From assembly GCF_001194135.2 (NCBI RefSeq), contig NC_068984.1, forward strand, positions 71,538,124 through 71,602,123: DNA of 64,000 nt, read 5' to 3'. A program made the translations under genes and the position numbers. Origin of the DNA: Octopus bimaculoides (lineage: Eukaryota). Within the stretch, counting starts at the first letter, position 1, and every line of letters starts with the position of its first letter. The notes under the pieces are model-generated. The model made no database searches. It was not told the DNA's origin and worked only from the letters and a program-made list of their open reading frames with translations. This document shows, one piece after another, positions 25,500-39,784 of the stretch.

Positions 25500-27800
25500 C
25501 TGATTGCAAGATTCTGATGCTGGCCTCATCGTCTTCTAACTTGTCATCGTCTTAAGAGCTAACCGTACTACGGAGAGCAGATCGTGTGATGGCGTTCAAT
25601 CAATTAATACGTTGCTTCGGAAGTTCCCGTTAGTCACCCTTCCTTTCATACATTTAGCCGAGCACTGTTCATTGTTTGCTTTAACGCAAAACTCATTCTC
25701 TGTTTGTATGGATGCAAATTCTTCGTATTCCTCGAAACCCTGCGTTACCGTGCCCGGCATCATAATCGAAAGCTGTTCTATCTAGAAATAATTCCTCAGC
25801 GACATGTTGTATTAGAAGCCTATCTGAATGGTAGAGATTCGCCCTCTTGCAATATTGGGGCGATTTGCGTGATAGTGTCTTACAGCAATCATATTTTCAT
25901 TTGGCCTATGTCTAACTCTGAAAAAGCTTCTGAAGGTCAACCAGCCGAGTACATTTTTCACTACAATCGAACGTAGTGCGGTGCTATTGACCAGCTGTAG
26001 CATGTCCGCCGGCTCTGTTCTAGGAATGACTCAGCACACGTACAATTTCAGTGGCAGCCCCAGTCCTACTTTGTCTCGATATCACAGTTTGTGCAGGTTT
26101 ATAATCGATCATCATGAGGTACGATATTCTCTGGTAATGCATCAGATCAATTGCCAATCTCTTTCAATCTTTCTGCACCTGAATTTCCCTGTTTCATGAA
26201 GATTGTATAACCAGTAGAATGACTGACACCGGTCATATATTCCGACCAATTCCCAAATGGTTTCCCCTCGTATATGGAGCATGCTGTGCTGTTTCTGAAA
26301 ATCTGGATACGTAAAATTCCAACAGTGAGAATCTCTAGCATCTCCAGTCAAGGCTTTTTGTAACTGGAAAGTATATTCCTCTTTTCTTTTTTCCATGCTA
26401 TATGGAAAAAAAAGAATCTTCAGGCTGGACTCAGCTTTTACATGATTTTTATATAAAGATTTACTACCATTTCTGCAGCCTATATGGTTGTGTCTTCTTC
26501 TGAATTGGGATCCGTGATACTATTAGTTCGCATACCGTGCCTAAATTAGTTCGAATGTCGATAGTTTTTGGCCACTTTCTCAGTGCCAGATTTACCACCT
26601 TCCACACAAGGTATAACCTAGCTTTACTCATATAATTGCAATCATTTTCGCCATGAGCCATATTTAATCCTTCGCCTCAGTAGCAACTATTTCCACAACG
26701 ACTTCTATCACTGTAAAACTTGCATCACATCATGCACTCGCTTTTCTCATATTTGGCCACATACCAACATCCTATTACTGAGTTCCTTTACTCTCACTAT
26801 CTCCAGAAATATTGCATTATGACAAAAGTGCCTCTCCCACCCCATGACCCGAGCTTAACCATTTGACTCACTTCTTTATATTGTTATATGCACTCTAGAC
26901 ACATCTGCAAAGGGATAGTAGTTGCTTCTCTAAAGCAAGAGCCTGTCCAGCTTTTCTCTCCCCCAGCTTCATTCCAAACTCTGTGATTTCGCAATAAACC
27001 CAAACCTTCTAAGAATTATTCCCATCCTCCATTGCCAAAATTGCTATCTCATCAAGTAAAATATCTATAGTTGAAGTTGTGGCATCCTTCATCTGGGCCA
27101 TATTTCCTAAGTCCCCATATGACCAAATACCTGAGTTTTGAAGTTGAATTCAACCCGACTCTCAAACTTATCAGACTGTGCGTATTGCATTTGTATCGCG
27201 CCAGCGGCAAATTCCACAACGTTTAAAGTGGTGTGGAGTTGTAGATATGATTATTTATATCAGCAATGCAGAATCTGACAGGTTCTCCTCACTATTATTT
27301 TCAACTTCACCGACCATATTATGCGTTGTATGTTCATTCGGCTCCTGAAATATATCATGTGCCGGGGTTTCGCTTTTTTGTGCTGAAACTCTACTATCGA
27401 AAACAGAAATTAACCTGTTCTGTCGATCTATTTAGTTTCCTCTCGGTATTTCTCCTAGTATAGGACTTCAAGGAATGTTCTAGCAGCTCACATTAGATTT
27501 AACGTTGTCGTTCCCGTAATGTATATTTTATCTCGAACGGCCAACTTTTCGAGTTTGCCTTTGGCTTTACTTTTCTCGGTGCTCGATCGTCTATCCCACA
27601 ACCATTTCCTCTGCCTCATTATAACAGAACACGTGGCAATTTCCACAAATTCTATTTCTGTTTCTTGACGACCACGGCAGTATGTAGCTAACAAATCCCA
27701 CCCATAGCCAATACAACATCAATTACATCAATGGCCTTCTCGACTACGATCACTTAAACTTTACATCATCTCCACCATCTGTCGCTTATTATACTTAACT
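25500..27800 (-). mobile_element. Decayed Ty3/gypsy pol (RT-RNaseH-integrase)
   Basis: Fragments EIVRVKELS..WPNM (integrase zinc-binding region), LYLVWKVVNLALRKWPKTIDI, QIFRNSTACSIYEGKP, NENMIAVRHYHANRPNIARGRI (integrase C-terminus); many stops; no LTRs identified. Confidence 0.7.
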
Positions 27801-28877
27801 AACTTTCGGTGATTTCACAGATATTTTCCTTTTAATTTGATGTTTTGCTCTATATTTAATTGGCTAACATTAGCTTCATGGAACATTGTCCGTTGTCTAA
27901 AATAAAGGGGCTTACAGAATCATATGTTAAGCAAGTATTTCTTTAAGTATTTCTTTAAGCACGTCACTCGAAATTCGTAATCAGTAGCCTAACGAATGAG
28001 GATTTTATTTGTGATAGTAGGAGAGAGATTACCGTAAATGTCAAAGTATTATATAAAATGATTACAACGTAGTTTAACAGATATTCTAACAAATTCGTTT
28101 TCGTCATCACACACATCTAATGCATTATTGTGTTATGAATTATATTTAACATCGTACGGGCAATATTGTCTGCTTAAAACTGAAACGGAAGACTGTACAG
28201 GGTTAATTGCTATTGCACATTGCTTATACACATACGCACAAAACAGAACATACATACACGTATATATAATATTTATATATGTAACTGTCTAGCTATCTAT
28301 ATGAGTATGTCTGATTTATTTATAATATATATGCATACACATACACATACGCACATATGAAGGCATGTGCCTATAGACTCATTTGACGACGAATGTAGGA
28401 TATTCCTAACAGTTATCATTAATAAATTTACTCTCTCTGCTTCAAATGTATTAAATCTGATTGCAGACCAAAATTTTCATATTTACAAGTTGTCATATAT
28501 TTATTAAACACTTTATACTGTTAGTTATATGTTTCATGTCATTTGTGCTCTTTTTGCTGTTGTTAGTAATGCTATAAATTTTGTTTTTCTCGCCTTAAAT
28601 CATTTTAATTATTCCGTTCCCATTCGTTTCCACACACGAACGGCATTTTCTTTCATTCACAAGGTTAATAAACTTGCGAGTTTTGAAAGTGTGTTGATTT
28701 TTAAATATCTGACAGCAATTAATATTGAATAGAACGCGTCAGAAATATTTCCTAGATAAATTCACTAAAGTTAGTTTCATATTTTTATAAGTGTTTTCAA
28801 ATATCATGTCTTCTTGCACTATGTAAATACATTAGTTTGAAAATATAGATGAATTAAATGAATCTAAATTGATGCCA

Positions 28878-28933
<56 letters not shown>

Positions 28934-28983
28934 CATATATGTGCGTGTATAAATCTCTCTCTCTCTCTCTCTCTCTTTATCTC

Positions 28984-29082
<99 letters not shown>

Positions 29083-29119
29083 NNNNNNNNNNNNNNNNNN
29101 NNNNNNNNNNNNNNNNNNN

Positions 29120-29163
<44 letters not shown>

Positions 29164-31279
29164 TACGCAATATATGTGAGATGCAATGTGCGTGTCTTGA
29201 CTATTATTATACCATAAGTAGATATGAACTGTTTTTTCTCCCAGATTTTTATGAATTTAAATAAATTATAATTTTGCGTAAATGGTCACATAATTTGATG
29301 CCCAGTGTAACATTAATGAGAGGCGAAGAAATTCCGTATAAAACTGTCATCACAATAAATATTTCAAATTTAGAGTAATTATTTGCAGACATTTTTATTT
29401 CTGTTTTTAAAACTTATTTGATTGTCCATCCGCCAATCTCAATTTGTTTTATTCTACTTCTTTCATTCTGGAACGAAGAGATTCTGTCAAATCAGTGATT
29501 TAGATGCTTTTTTATACACATTTTTATAGCACTTATATTTTATAGCCATTTTACCGCAACGATTCATTATAAAATATTTAGAAATAATTAATTTAAACAA
29601 CGAAAATTGTATTCATACACATATACAACTAGACAGTATTATTGAGATCTTTGATTTTTGCAATGAATTCCTTAAACTTAATTGTCTGCATTCATAAATT
29701 TCAAAGAAAAAATATTCAAATTTCTAGTGACCAGTATTCTCACGTATGATATTAATTGCGTATTATCAATAACAATTTATTTGAAGATCTGATTACACGT
29801 AGAGTGTATGTGTTCTGACAAAGAGCTCTTATATGCGGGTTTTTCATTTTTCTTCGTACCTTCATTTCATATCACAATATTTATGGTTTAATGCTATCTA
29901 TATATCTCCTGTAATTTGCAATTGAATTCTTGACAAAGTTATAATATCATTTCAGTGCTGTATATATTTTATACTGAGGTGTTGAATCATGTGGAAGTTC
30001 TACTGTCTTTAGAAAGAATAATAATTCATGAAAGAGAAGCAGACCGAGAGATTTTCTAATTCATTGACGACTAATATTTCATCCGCAATGAGCAATTATT
30101 GTAAACGTGCATAATGAACATGTATACTGATGTAAAATTACATAAAAGTCTACTGTATGTGAAAAAAATTCAAGAGAGGCGTGACATTATATAGTACAAT
30201 TCTGTGAGAATCGGTTTCGATTTATTCGTGACGTTAATCTTTTATTGTAAACAATCATGCAATGTTATTGTGAAGACGCTGATGTTATATACTTACTTAT
30301 AATAACGCATCAATAAAATGCTGTAATATACACATATAAACGAACATGCTCATCTGCAAATATGTGTGTATTTGCGTGTGTCTCAGTTTCTTTTTATCTC
30401 AGTGTCATTGTATATGTGTATGTGTATGTTAAATTATTGTTTCGTAATGGAACTTTCCTTTCCGTTCTAAAATGCGGTATAGAACATATCTACATATCAT
30501 TCTAGACAACAGTTTAACTAAGTTTAATGGTGAACGTGTATTAAATCAATGGTGTAGAACTATATTGGCTCCTTGCTATAATGTTCTATGGTATATATGT
30601 ATGAGTTACTTAACACTGCATATTACGACATAAGTAAGCCACTCGTCTGAACGGTGATTATGCTGATAAAAAATACAGGGGAACAACGATGCATAAGTTT
30701 AATCATTTTTATATAGTAGTAGGCGCGGACAAACTTTAAATTCACATACATGCTTATAAATCCATTAAGATCAGAGATTCATATAAGCTAGTTAGACAAG
30801 ATACCTTGTTTAACATTTACGTGCGAAAGGTCAAATATAAAATACCTGATCTTTTCTATAATATAGGAAAGAAGCGTATATAAATATGCTTAGTGAACGA
30901 GCTCTGTTACGAAGCGGGAACAGCCCCCAAGTACATTTTGACTTCATGCAAATATGTGATAAAAAAAATCTATAAGAAGATTTATGTAGTGTAACAGCAT
31001 TAAATCAACACTCTCTGCGCACGAACACACATAAACACACTTAGAGAAACATGCCCAAACACACAGAGAGACGCACACAGAATCACACACCCATGTATAT
31101 TCTTTTACTGTTTTACTTGTTAAAGTCATTTATCAGCGGCTATTCTGAGGCATCGCCTTGAAGGGTTTAAGCCACGGCTTATTTGTTAAGCTTAGTATTT
31201 ATTTTATCGAACCGTACGATTATATATATATATATATATATATNNNNNNNNNNNNNNNNNNNNNNNNNNNTATATACAT

Positions 31280-33763
31280 TACGGTGATAACTTTTTTTTT
31301 TAAGTCGAGTAAGGCCAAGGTACCAGAAGGTGAACTTTCTGGTATAATAACAAAAAATCATAATCAGTTCCTTGTTTGACGCAACCCCGCCACCGATGAC
31401 AATATATTTGACAGCACGTTTACTACAGACATGCATATATTGTTCGAGTAATAAAGACGTACAGTAATGCATTGTTAATGTAATAACTGCAGCCTAATAC
31501 AGCATCAGTTTTCAAAGATTCTTGTTGGTTAAAAAAAATCGCATATCTAATTTTTCAGAAGACTGCAATCTAATTCTTCCATTATTTTTACTGCACGTTC
31601 AACACATATGTTTCGACGCTGAACAACTTGAATTACTGATTCGTCAAGATTCCATTTAATTTTCAAATATTTGCTTGCTTTAGAATATACAGAAACTGCT
31701 TCTGAAAGTTTCTGGTAAGCCATACTTTCAAACATTTGGTAACAAAACCACATTTCCGTCCAGTTTCCGCAGATAAAACAACACAGAGTTTTTCTCTTCT
31801 TTCAGGTAGAATCATGTATGTGAGGAGGTCAAGATTGCTCGTGAATTCCAACGTGCATTCCTAAGTCTAGGAGGTTTTCTAGACTTAATTTCTGGGAAAA
31901 TGCTTTGCTGCTGATAAAATCGGAAAGCATAACCAAGTTCAAATAAAAACTTAAGGTCATCTGTCGAACCTGGATTATCATCCATTTGAAGTTTTGCTTC
32001 GCTTTGTTTCCATTCTGCCACCAAATCCTCAAATTGTTTTTATTAAATCTTCTATGAACGGGTATAATATATTTGATGATGCAGCTTTTCATTTCAGTAT
32101 ATCATCCATTGAATTTTTTAGGAGGCGGTTTAACATATAATGTTGGAAATCAATGTATTGAGGCGCAGGATATCCACGCTTTACAAATTCGTTCTGAAGT
32201 TGAATGACCACTCCAGTAAGTTTTCTTGTACTTACACTATATGTGTCTGTGATGACCTCTTTGATTGCTGGCCACAGTTCGTAATGATCCGAAACTTCCT
32301 TTTGTACTTGAAAAATGGCATCTGCTCTGCCATTCTTCGGAGTTAAAGAGGCTAATCAAATTCTCTTCTGTCTTTCAACTTGTCTTTCAACTTGTCTTTC
32401 TTTACACTTCATAACCTTTCTATTGAAATGGAGCACCCATTTGTCATTTTTTAAAGTTTCTTTTAGTTCCTGCTTCATGTCTACGGTCTCTCTCATAGCA
32501 GCTTCGTACACTCCTGACTGTGACGGAGTGGGGAGAAGTATTCCTTCCTCACTCAGCTATTTGCAGACTTTGACTGCTTTATGACTGCTTAAATTTCTTT
32601 TTTTTCAGCAAGTTCCTTGCTTTCTGAGTTGAGTGATGTTGTTTTGAGGTGCCAACTTGTTCGACTATTTGTAATGTGATTTTATCTGCAGAATCAGAAG
32701 TAGGGGTTTATGATGATGATGATGTGTGGAAGAAGTTGTGTACATTTTAAAGACACCAATGCATAGAGAAAAAAATGTGTAATATTTGAGAATTTCTTAT
32801 ACACGTTATTTTACCTGCTTCAATATATGAGAGAAACGCCTGTGAAGTTGAAGCTGATATTCTCGACGAGATGATGTTCGTTTTGAAGGATGAACCATAG
32901 TTAACCGAGATGTGGAGTAGCCAGTTATACCGCCACTTTCAATCTGTGCACTGTAAAAGACTTTGTCTTCTTTAGATAACCAGCTACCATGATGATCAGT
33001 AATGTCAAACAAACCTTCAAACTTTTGACCGGGTGTCGGATTTTTCAATTGGGTAGCGTACCTTGTCAACAGAGTATTCATTTTTCTTACTATAGACTTT
33101 AATGTTATACACAGAAAATCAATTTTTTTGTCCGTAGATTGTCTAGTTCCTCAGCAATGAGATGATTTCTCGCATGTCTGGATTTTTTAAACTTTTGCTA
33201 ATGATACTGGATTTTCTGGAGATTCAAATTAGTTCAGTTAACTCATGTTCCAGATTCAGTATTATTCGTCGCTTTTTAACAGACTTTTCAATGTCAGTTA
33301 TATTTTTGCCACTTTTTCTTGTTTGCTGCAACTGCTTGACTTGACTGCTTAAATGACATGATTGAGGTTTTATTTCACTGATTAAAGCAATATATTTTAT
33401 TATCCGTAATAGAAAGTATAATGCATTCGTGTATCATCTCAACAACACATAATACTGCTCGAGATGTAAAACAACTTTTACTACTGCATATATCGTTATT
33501 GGCACTTGACCAGGAAGTAACTTCAATCATAAACTCCTTTAAATCTAATAAAATAGTGTGAACGCTAATGCCGAACGTAATGTAAGTTTGAGTAAGCCAA
33601 TGCAAGTGTGACGTATTTGAAAATTGAAATATTAGTTGGTGGGGAGGTTTTTGAAAGTTTTAACAAAAAAATGAACTGCTTGTCACTGCTTTCTCATCAT
33701 TTCTCATAGCACGTCACTCTGGTCATGTTCGATTGCCGAAAAAATTAAAAAGTCATTACCCTA
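31280..33763 (-). mobile_element. Full-length hAT-superfamily DNA transposon (hATm/hATx-like), decayed transposase
   Basis: TIRs TACGGTGATAACTTTTT and TAGGGTAATGACTTTTT (14/17); perfect 8-bp TSD ATATACAT at 31272-31279 and 33764-33771; peptides WVLHFNRK, RNARWNSRAI, RRNICVERAVKIMEEL. Confidence 0.9.
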
Positions 33764-36700
33764 ATATACATACTAAAATAAAAACCACAAAACCCTTGGT
33801 GAAATACAGCTACACAAAGTTTCCTGCCGAAATATTAATTTATTTTGCCATGTATCAGGCTATTATAAACAAAAAATAACACATCTTAGAGCATTCCAGT
33901 ACTGTTTTAGGTAATTCTGATAATCAGAAGGCAATGGTTCTATTTACTGTGAAGTTAATTATCTCACACATGTTTCTCTCTATGATTTTCTAACTTCACG
34001 TGCTCATTCAAAGTAAAAAAAAAGTTGAGCGACCATTATTAGCTATTTGAAACACACTCAGTCATAACCATTTATTACAAATTAAATGTTGATCGGGAGG
34101 AGAATTTTCGGTGTATTTTTGCTTTATATACCACTAATGCTTGAATGATAAACTAAAAGCAACTATAGGCATATATGAAATAAATATTGAGAATAAACAG
34201 AAGGGAAATTCAAACTGCAACTGTATAGTCTGATACAAATTTCCAAATATTCAAAATGAAAGTTTGCTAGCGATGGTTGCACATGCGTTTATACCATACT
34301 CAAATTTGTATGCCTTAATGTTTCTTCTGGTTAGATAAGAATATCTCAACCTTATAATTTGTTGACGCTAATCAATTTTCATATGAAACTTTCATGAGAA
34401 TAATATATCTTATATGTATAATTTAACACACGATTTAAACACAATTTACATTGTAGAACGCCATATAAAAGTTATTTTGCTTATTAACTGAACCTTAATC
34501 TGGAAAATATTATATCCTGTAGCCTTCATCTACATGGTTTCTGTTCATGATATCTATTAATTATATAATAGCTGCTGTGCTTATTACAGTAGCATGATAT
34601 TATTGTACATATCGTTCATTGTTCTATCAGATTTTCTTATTTTTGTTCTTAGCATTGAAGATATTCTCGGTAAATATATTTAATGTTAATTGACATGCAA
34701 TCGAAGTTTCTTAGCGCTGTTCGGCATTCTCATGGCTTTCTTGCTCGAACTAATCAACAAAAGTTCAAACTAATAGCAACTATAATCACTTAAACATTCT
34801 GAAAGCCTCTTCAAAGTCCGTGTGTCCTTCCCTCATTCTCGACCGACACAATGATGCTTAGGCTAAAAGTATCACACAATTATTCCTAAAAATACAAGTT
34901 GATCCTAATTTGCTTAATTTCGTTGTTCGATGCCACTAAACTGACTGAATGATCGTATAAATGCTACATATTGATTTAAAGTAGAACTAAACGAAAGGGC
35001 AACAAGAAAATCTATTTCAAAATGTCTTTTTGTTTATATGCTGTAACTGAATCTGCATGTACATATCATAATGAATAGAATATATACATTTACAATGATA
35101 CAACTGGTATTTACTTTTACTCCATGGGGGAATGGAAGACACAGAAGACTATAAAAATATGAAGCTAGTTAGTTACTTTGTTGCTGCCCTTCTTGAAACA
35201 GGCATGTTAAAGTTATCTTGAAATATTTGAAAATCTATGTCAGAGAAATTATTCAAAATTGATTTGAAACTAGGTTACACACGTCTTTTCATTGAGCATT
35301 ATAACACTGTTTATTAGGCATTATCTTATATCGGATCAGACCATATACAACAACTTCACGATTTTATATTGCTACCCACACAAACATTCATATTGAATAA
35401 TAAATAAATATATTACATAAAACAATTTGATGCACATACTTTTCAACATTTAGATATAAATTCAAATGTAACATCTGCTTTAAACAAAACTGATTCAAGT
35501 TGAAACATAATATGAAATTGCAAATAACAAGCTATCAAAATACTCCATACATTTTCGCACCACAATTTCCATATTCTGAACTTGGAAAATATTACCAAAT
35601 AGAAAGGATGAAATATATAACCCTGGAGGTACTTTGCCTTAGAACAGAAAGAAAGAGAATAATATTTAATGCGATATTTATGTAATGAATCAACCTAATT
35701 ATATAATAATTTACAATTTAGAAATATATTGCACTCAATAAACGCAGTTTCTGAAAGTATGATGGGTAAAGAAATTTCATATGAATCATAAAAAATTTTG
35801 AAGGACGTAACTTTAGTTAACACCGTATTCAAATTTTTGATGCACATAAAAAACAAATTCTCCTGCGTGTTCTATACTTAAAATGGCTATATATAAACTA
35901 ATGAAGGAACAACATACGTAGTAAAAATGAGATATCAAAATGCTATAATGCTATTAGACATGTAAATAACAATTGTCATTTTGCGTCTCTTAAATGTACA
36001 TGTGTTTTAATTTAAAATATTTAGATTTTTCACCACATTTCTGTCAAACTTCATTTGTTTTTCGCTACTATTATTACGCTGTTGAGTTTATGAAGATAAG
36101 AGATAATTGTATACGTTTTCTCGGGCAATAATAAAAAAAATAATCTGATCTATTTTTCTTTTTCTTTCCGAGTGGCTGATTGTAATACAGATGTTTTAAA
36201 TCAATACAGATTATCTTTCGTAAACAGCAATAGCATGTCATTTCAGTTTTATATCATTTTTCCATCTGCAAAAAAGAAAAAAATATATGTTTCAAATGCA
36301 TCACGAAATCCCTTTAAAAATTGAAATTTTTGTGCTTTCCATTTTATCGTGAAATCTGCATTAGCTGTATATGTTTGAATTGATTATATTTCCCGCAAAG
36401 ATCATCGAGAGTTCATTTTATTTGATCAAAGGATGTTGATAAATGGTGTCATGAAGAGTGTCAAAATATTTAAAATATTGGTTGAATAAGTTCGAAACTA
36501 ATTAGGTTTCGTTTTAGGATTTTTTATTGCTTTGTTTAAACCCAGGTTAACACTGATGTAGCTGTTAAATGAAAGTTAAAAGTATTTTCCAGCCTGAAAT
36601 ATTTCAAAGTCCATCGTTACTTCAGATTGCCATTTCTTTTAGGTCAGCCGCCTGTCTGAAAAATGGAAGACATAAAGAGCTTTACAAAGAATATCATCTA

Positions 36701-37749
36701 CTTATCAACAACAGTAATAACATGAAGTGTAATACGGTCTTTTGCGCCTGAGAAAGTGCAAACTATTTTCAGAATGTAGATTTGTTTTCTCGGTATATAC
36801 CATTTCAATAAATAAAGATAATGCAATGAATTAGTCTAAGTGAAAGGGAATGTGGATGAGAATGTACACAACCTGTCCAGAAAACGGCAGTGAATTCTTA
36901 ACGTGAGCATTATACTGTAATGATAGACAAAATGAAAGTAAATTAATGACTGCAAAGACACGATGTTTCCTGGAAAAAATTGTGTAATATATCGTTTTCT
37001 GTAAATTGGTTACACGGTTATATTTGTTTTCTTTTCGGTATTGACCTAAATTAGACACGTAAAATCTTTACTTTAGGTTAAATATAAACAAATTTAATTG
37101 GTAATAGTCATTGGTTTAAGCAATAAAATAGCTTTCTGATTTGCATTGGAGAATTCTGATAAATATCAGTTTATATATTCAAAGAGAAGAAATCTTTGAA
37201 GTGAAACTACGTAAAAAGGGAAAGGAAATTTCTAAAACAAATTATTTGCATAATATTTCATAGGTTTCTATGGGTACTATATGCATTCTAGCAGTGTAAC
37301 ATTTATACCAGGATCCATAGACATAATCATATATGTATATAATATAAAATAGCTCCAGATTTGCACATTAAAGGAAAAGTGAATGTTTCGAAAAATCGTC
37401 ATGCATGCTTGATTAGTGATTTACGATATGTATAACTGGTTTAATCTATATAGAATGTTTATGAAATTCTAGTGTGATAATTATATAGCAACAAATAAGC
37501 ATGCAATTATAATTAAATATGTAGAGACATATTAGCCTAAAATATTGCAATAATTTTATCTGACATTTTTAGTAGAAATTTTAGTAAAACTTTTATGAGG
37601 CATAACTTATAAATGATTTGTTTTGCAATCAGAGGCAAGTGTTTGAACTAACGATCTTCGAAATTCTATAATTTACATCTTCGAAATAGAGTAGAAAATA
37701 ATTGTGGTGAACATTGAAAAACACAAGCTGTTCCCAGTGATCTGCTGAG

Positions 37750-38270
37750 AGCATTTTACCTAGAACATAAAGTGCACAAAATATCTCAAAATAGGTACAA
37801 CTTTTAGAAAGTAAACCACAACCAAAATTATACAGTTTGTCGATTTAAGAAGATTCAATAAATGTAAAAAGCGCCAGATTGTAATGTATCCATGTCCAGA
37901 ACGGTAAAACTCTTTTAAGTGCTGTGGTAAAAACATCCTACATAAACCTGTCTGTATTAAAAACAGAGGTTGGTTGGCTTGGTGCAAGGAGACGTAAGTC
38001 TGGTGTCCATAGTATTTGCCGGAGTTTTGTTTCTAAAGCGAGCAACATAGCTATAGCTTTCGGAAAACAAATTACAAATACTGGGCGTGGTATTTTTGAA
38101 GTTCAGTGGAACCTCCCACAGTATATAAAGGTTTTGGTGTCCATGGCCGATGAAGTTGTTTGCTAAATATGTTTTCTCGGGGACACCTTTGCTTAGTAGG
38201 TTGGTTGCATGGTGTCCACTTTTCTATGAAGTCTTCCGGCAAATATTGAACCCAATCCAACTTCAAATAA
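37750..38270 (-). mobile_element. Probable decayed piggyBac (PGBD4-like) transposase fragment
   Basis: TELQKYHAQ (ETNRY.AQ-like), LFLIQTGLCRM..LKEFY, ITIWRFLHL, LKVVPILRYFV (KVRPILDYF-like); TTAA/TIR ends not found. Confidence 0.55.
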
Positions 38271-39732
38271 TCCAAAACTGTTAATTTCTGTCTATCTCAC
38301 AGATTATAAATTTGCTGCTTTTAAATTCTGTATCTAATGTTCATGAAATATATTTCTAAATTTTATTGCACTAGATGTGGAATGAAATCGAAACCAATTC
38401 ATAAGAATGAAATACAAAAAATAAAGCAGTTTAAATGTAGTGTATTTAAAGTAACTGAAATATTCATGTCACCAGTGAACTCACAATGCCAAAGAATTCT
38501 CAGACATAACAAATTCTCTCAAATCATATCAGAATTTCACTGGATGAAAATATGTTTCATGCAGTTATACATAAGGAAAAGATAGTTTGGTAATGGCGAG
38601 ACGTTCTTTGTCTGCTCAATCTCTGGTAATATAATTCTCTTTGCTGTTTGCCGTTGTCAATGACCAGTGATAAATTTTGGCTTTATTCCACGGAACGTTA
38701 CGTTGTTTTTAATGACAGAACCCAACCCTCCCTCAATAATTTGGCACTACACTACAGATTTTAATTTACTTATTATGATAATAAGAGAAGAGTTCAGTAT
38801 TCACTACTTCCCGATTATCTGAAAAAACTTATTTAGATATCTCAAGAATACACCTATTTCTTATACAGTACTAATTACTTTTCATTTCTGCGCCAGGTAA
38901 TATCTGAATCAAAATGAAAACATTGGTAAATATGTGTTCTCTGAAAACTGTTACGGCTCATATGTTGACGAGGTAATATAATGTATTCTTAGTAATGACG
39001 AATATATATGACTCTAATAGGATTTACACTTTACAACAAACAAACAAACGAGTGAAGATACTAGTTCAATAACTTACCTGCTATAAAATATTATTATATC
39101 ATGTTGGGGCAATTCAAATTCTATTTATATTTAATAACTATAATGTTTTAAAACTATTCTCTGCAGAGCCACCACTCGCATATGAAACATTAGCTAATAT
39201 TTACTGCTTGAAGTCGAAAATAATTTTAAAATACTAATCATGTAAGTGAGGGTAATGGTTTCAAGTACCTTATATTTAGGTACAATTATATTTCAGGAAG
39301 AGTGAGGAAAATGCCAGTTGCTACAATTATGAATTACCAATAACATAATTTACAGCAGTTGAAACAAACGAATAAACTAAATTGGTAAGGTAACAAGACG
39401 CCTACGACTCTAGCAGCACTTAGGTGTTAACGGGTCTCTCATAAGGCATGTCCCACTTCAAATGCGTATGCTGATTGATCTTAAATTGAATTATTTGTGG
39501 AATTCCTAGTACCAAAGCTAGTTACTTTATATCGATTCATGTTTAGCATATACGATGACAAAATCACTGTGAGTTGTGATACAGTGAATTATTACACAAT
39601 ATCTCTAAGCACTACAACAAACTTCTGCGATTATTATATTATTCCTTCTTGAAAAGAGTCCACCTGAATACTATATGCAATAAGTTCAGCATCATCATCA
39701 TCATCATCATCATCGCCATTATTATTATGATC

Positions 39733-39780
<48 letters not shown>

Positions 39781-39784
<4 letters not shown>

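Noticed and set aside
36600-36682. Strong minus-strand splice acceptor at about 36659 (a similar one at about 57299)
   Set aside because: All frames reach stops quickly, no consensus donor follows, and such sites are expected by chance.
37985-38025. ILWTPDL resembling Cys-loop receptor loop A (chemotactile receptor idea)
   Set aside because: No Cys-loop or TM segments follow, and flanking motifs fit piggyBac.
39078-39080. Possible 3-nt minus-strand micro-exon ttttatag|CAG|gtaagt
   Set aside because: A 9-mer like this is expected by chance in 128 kb of two-strand sequence; no supporting context.
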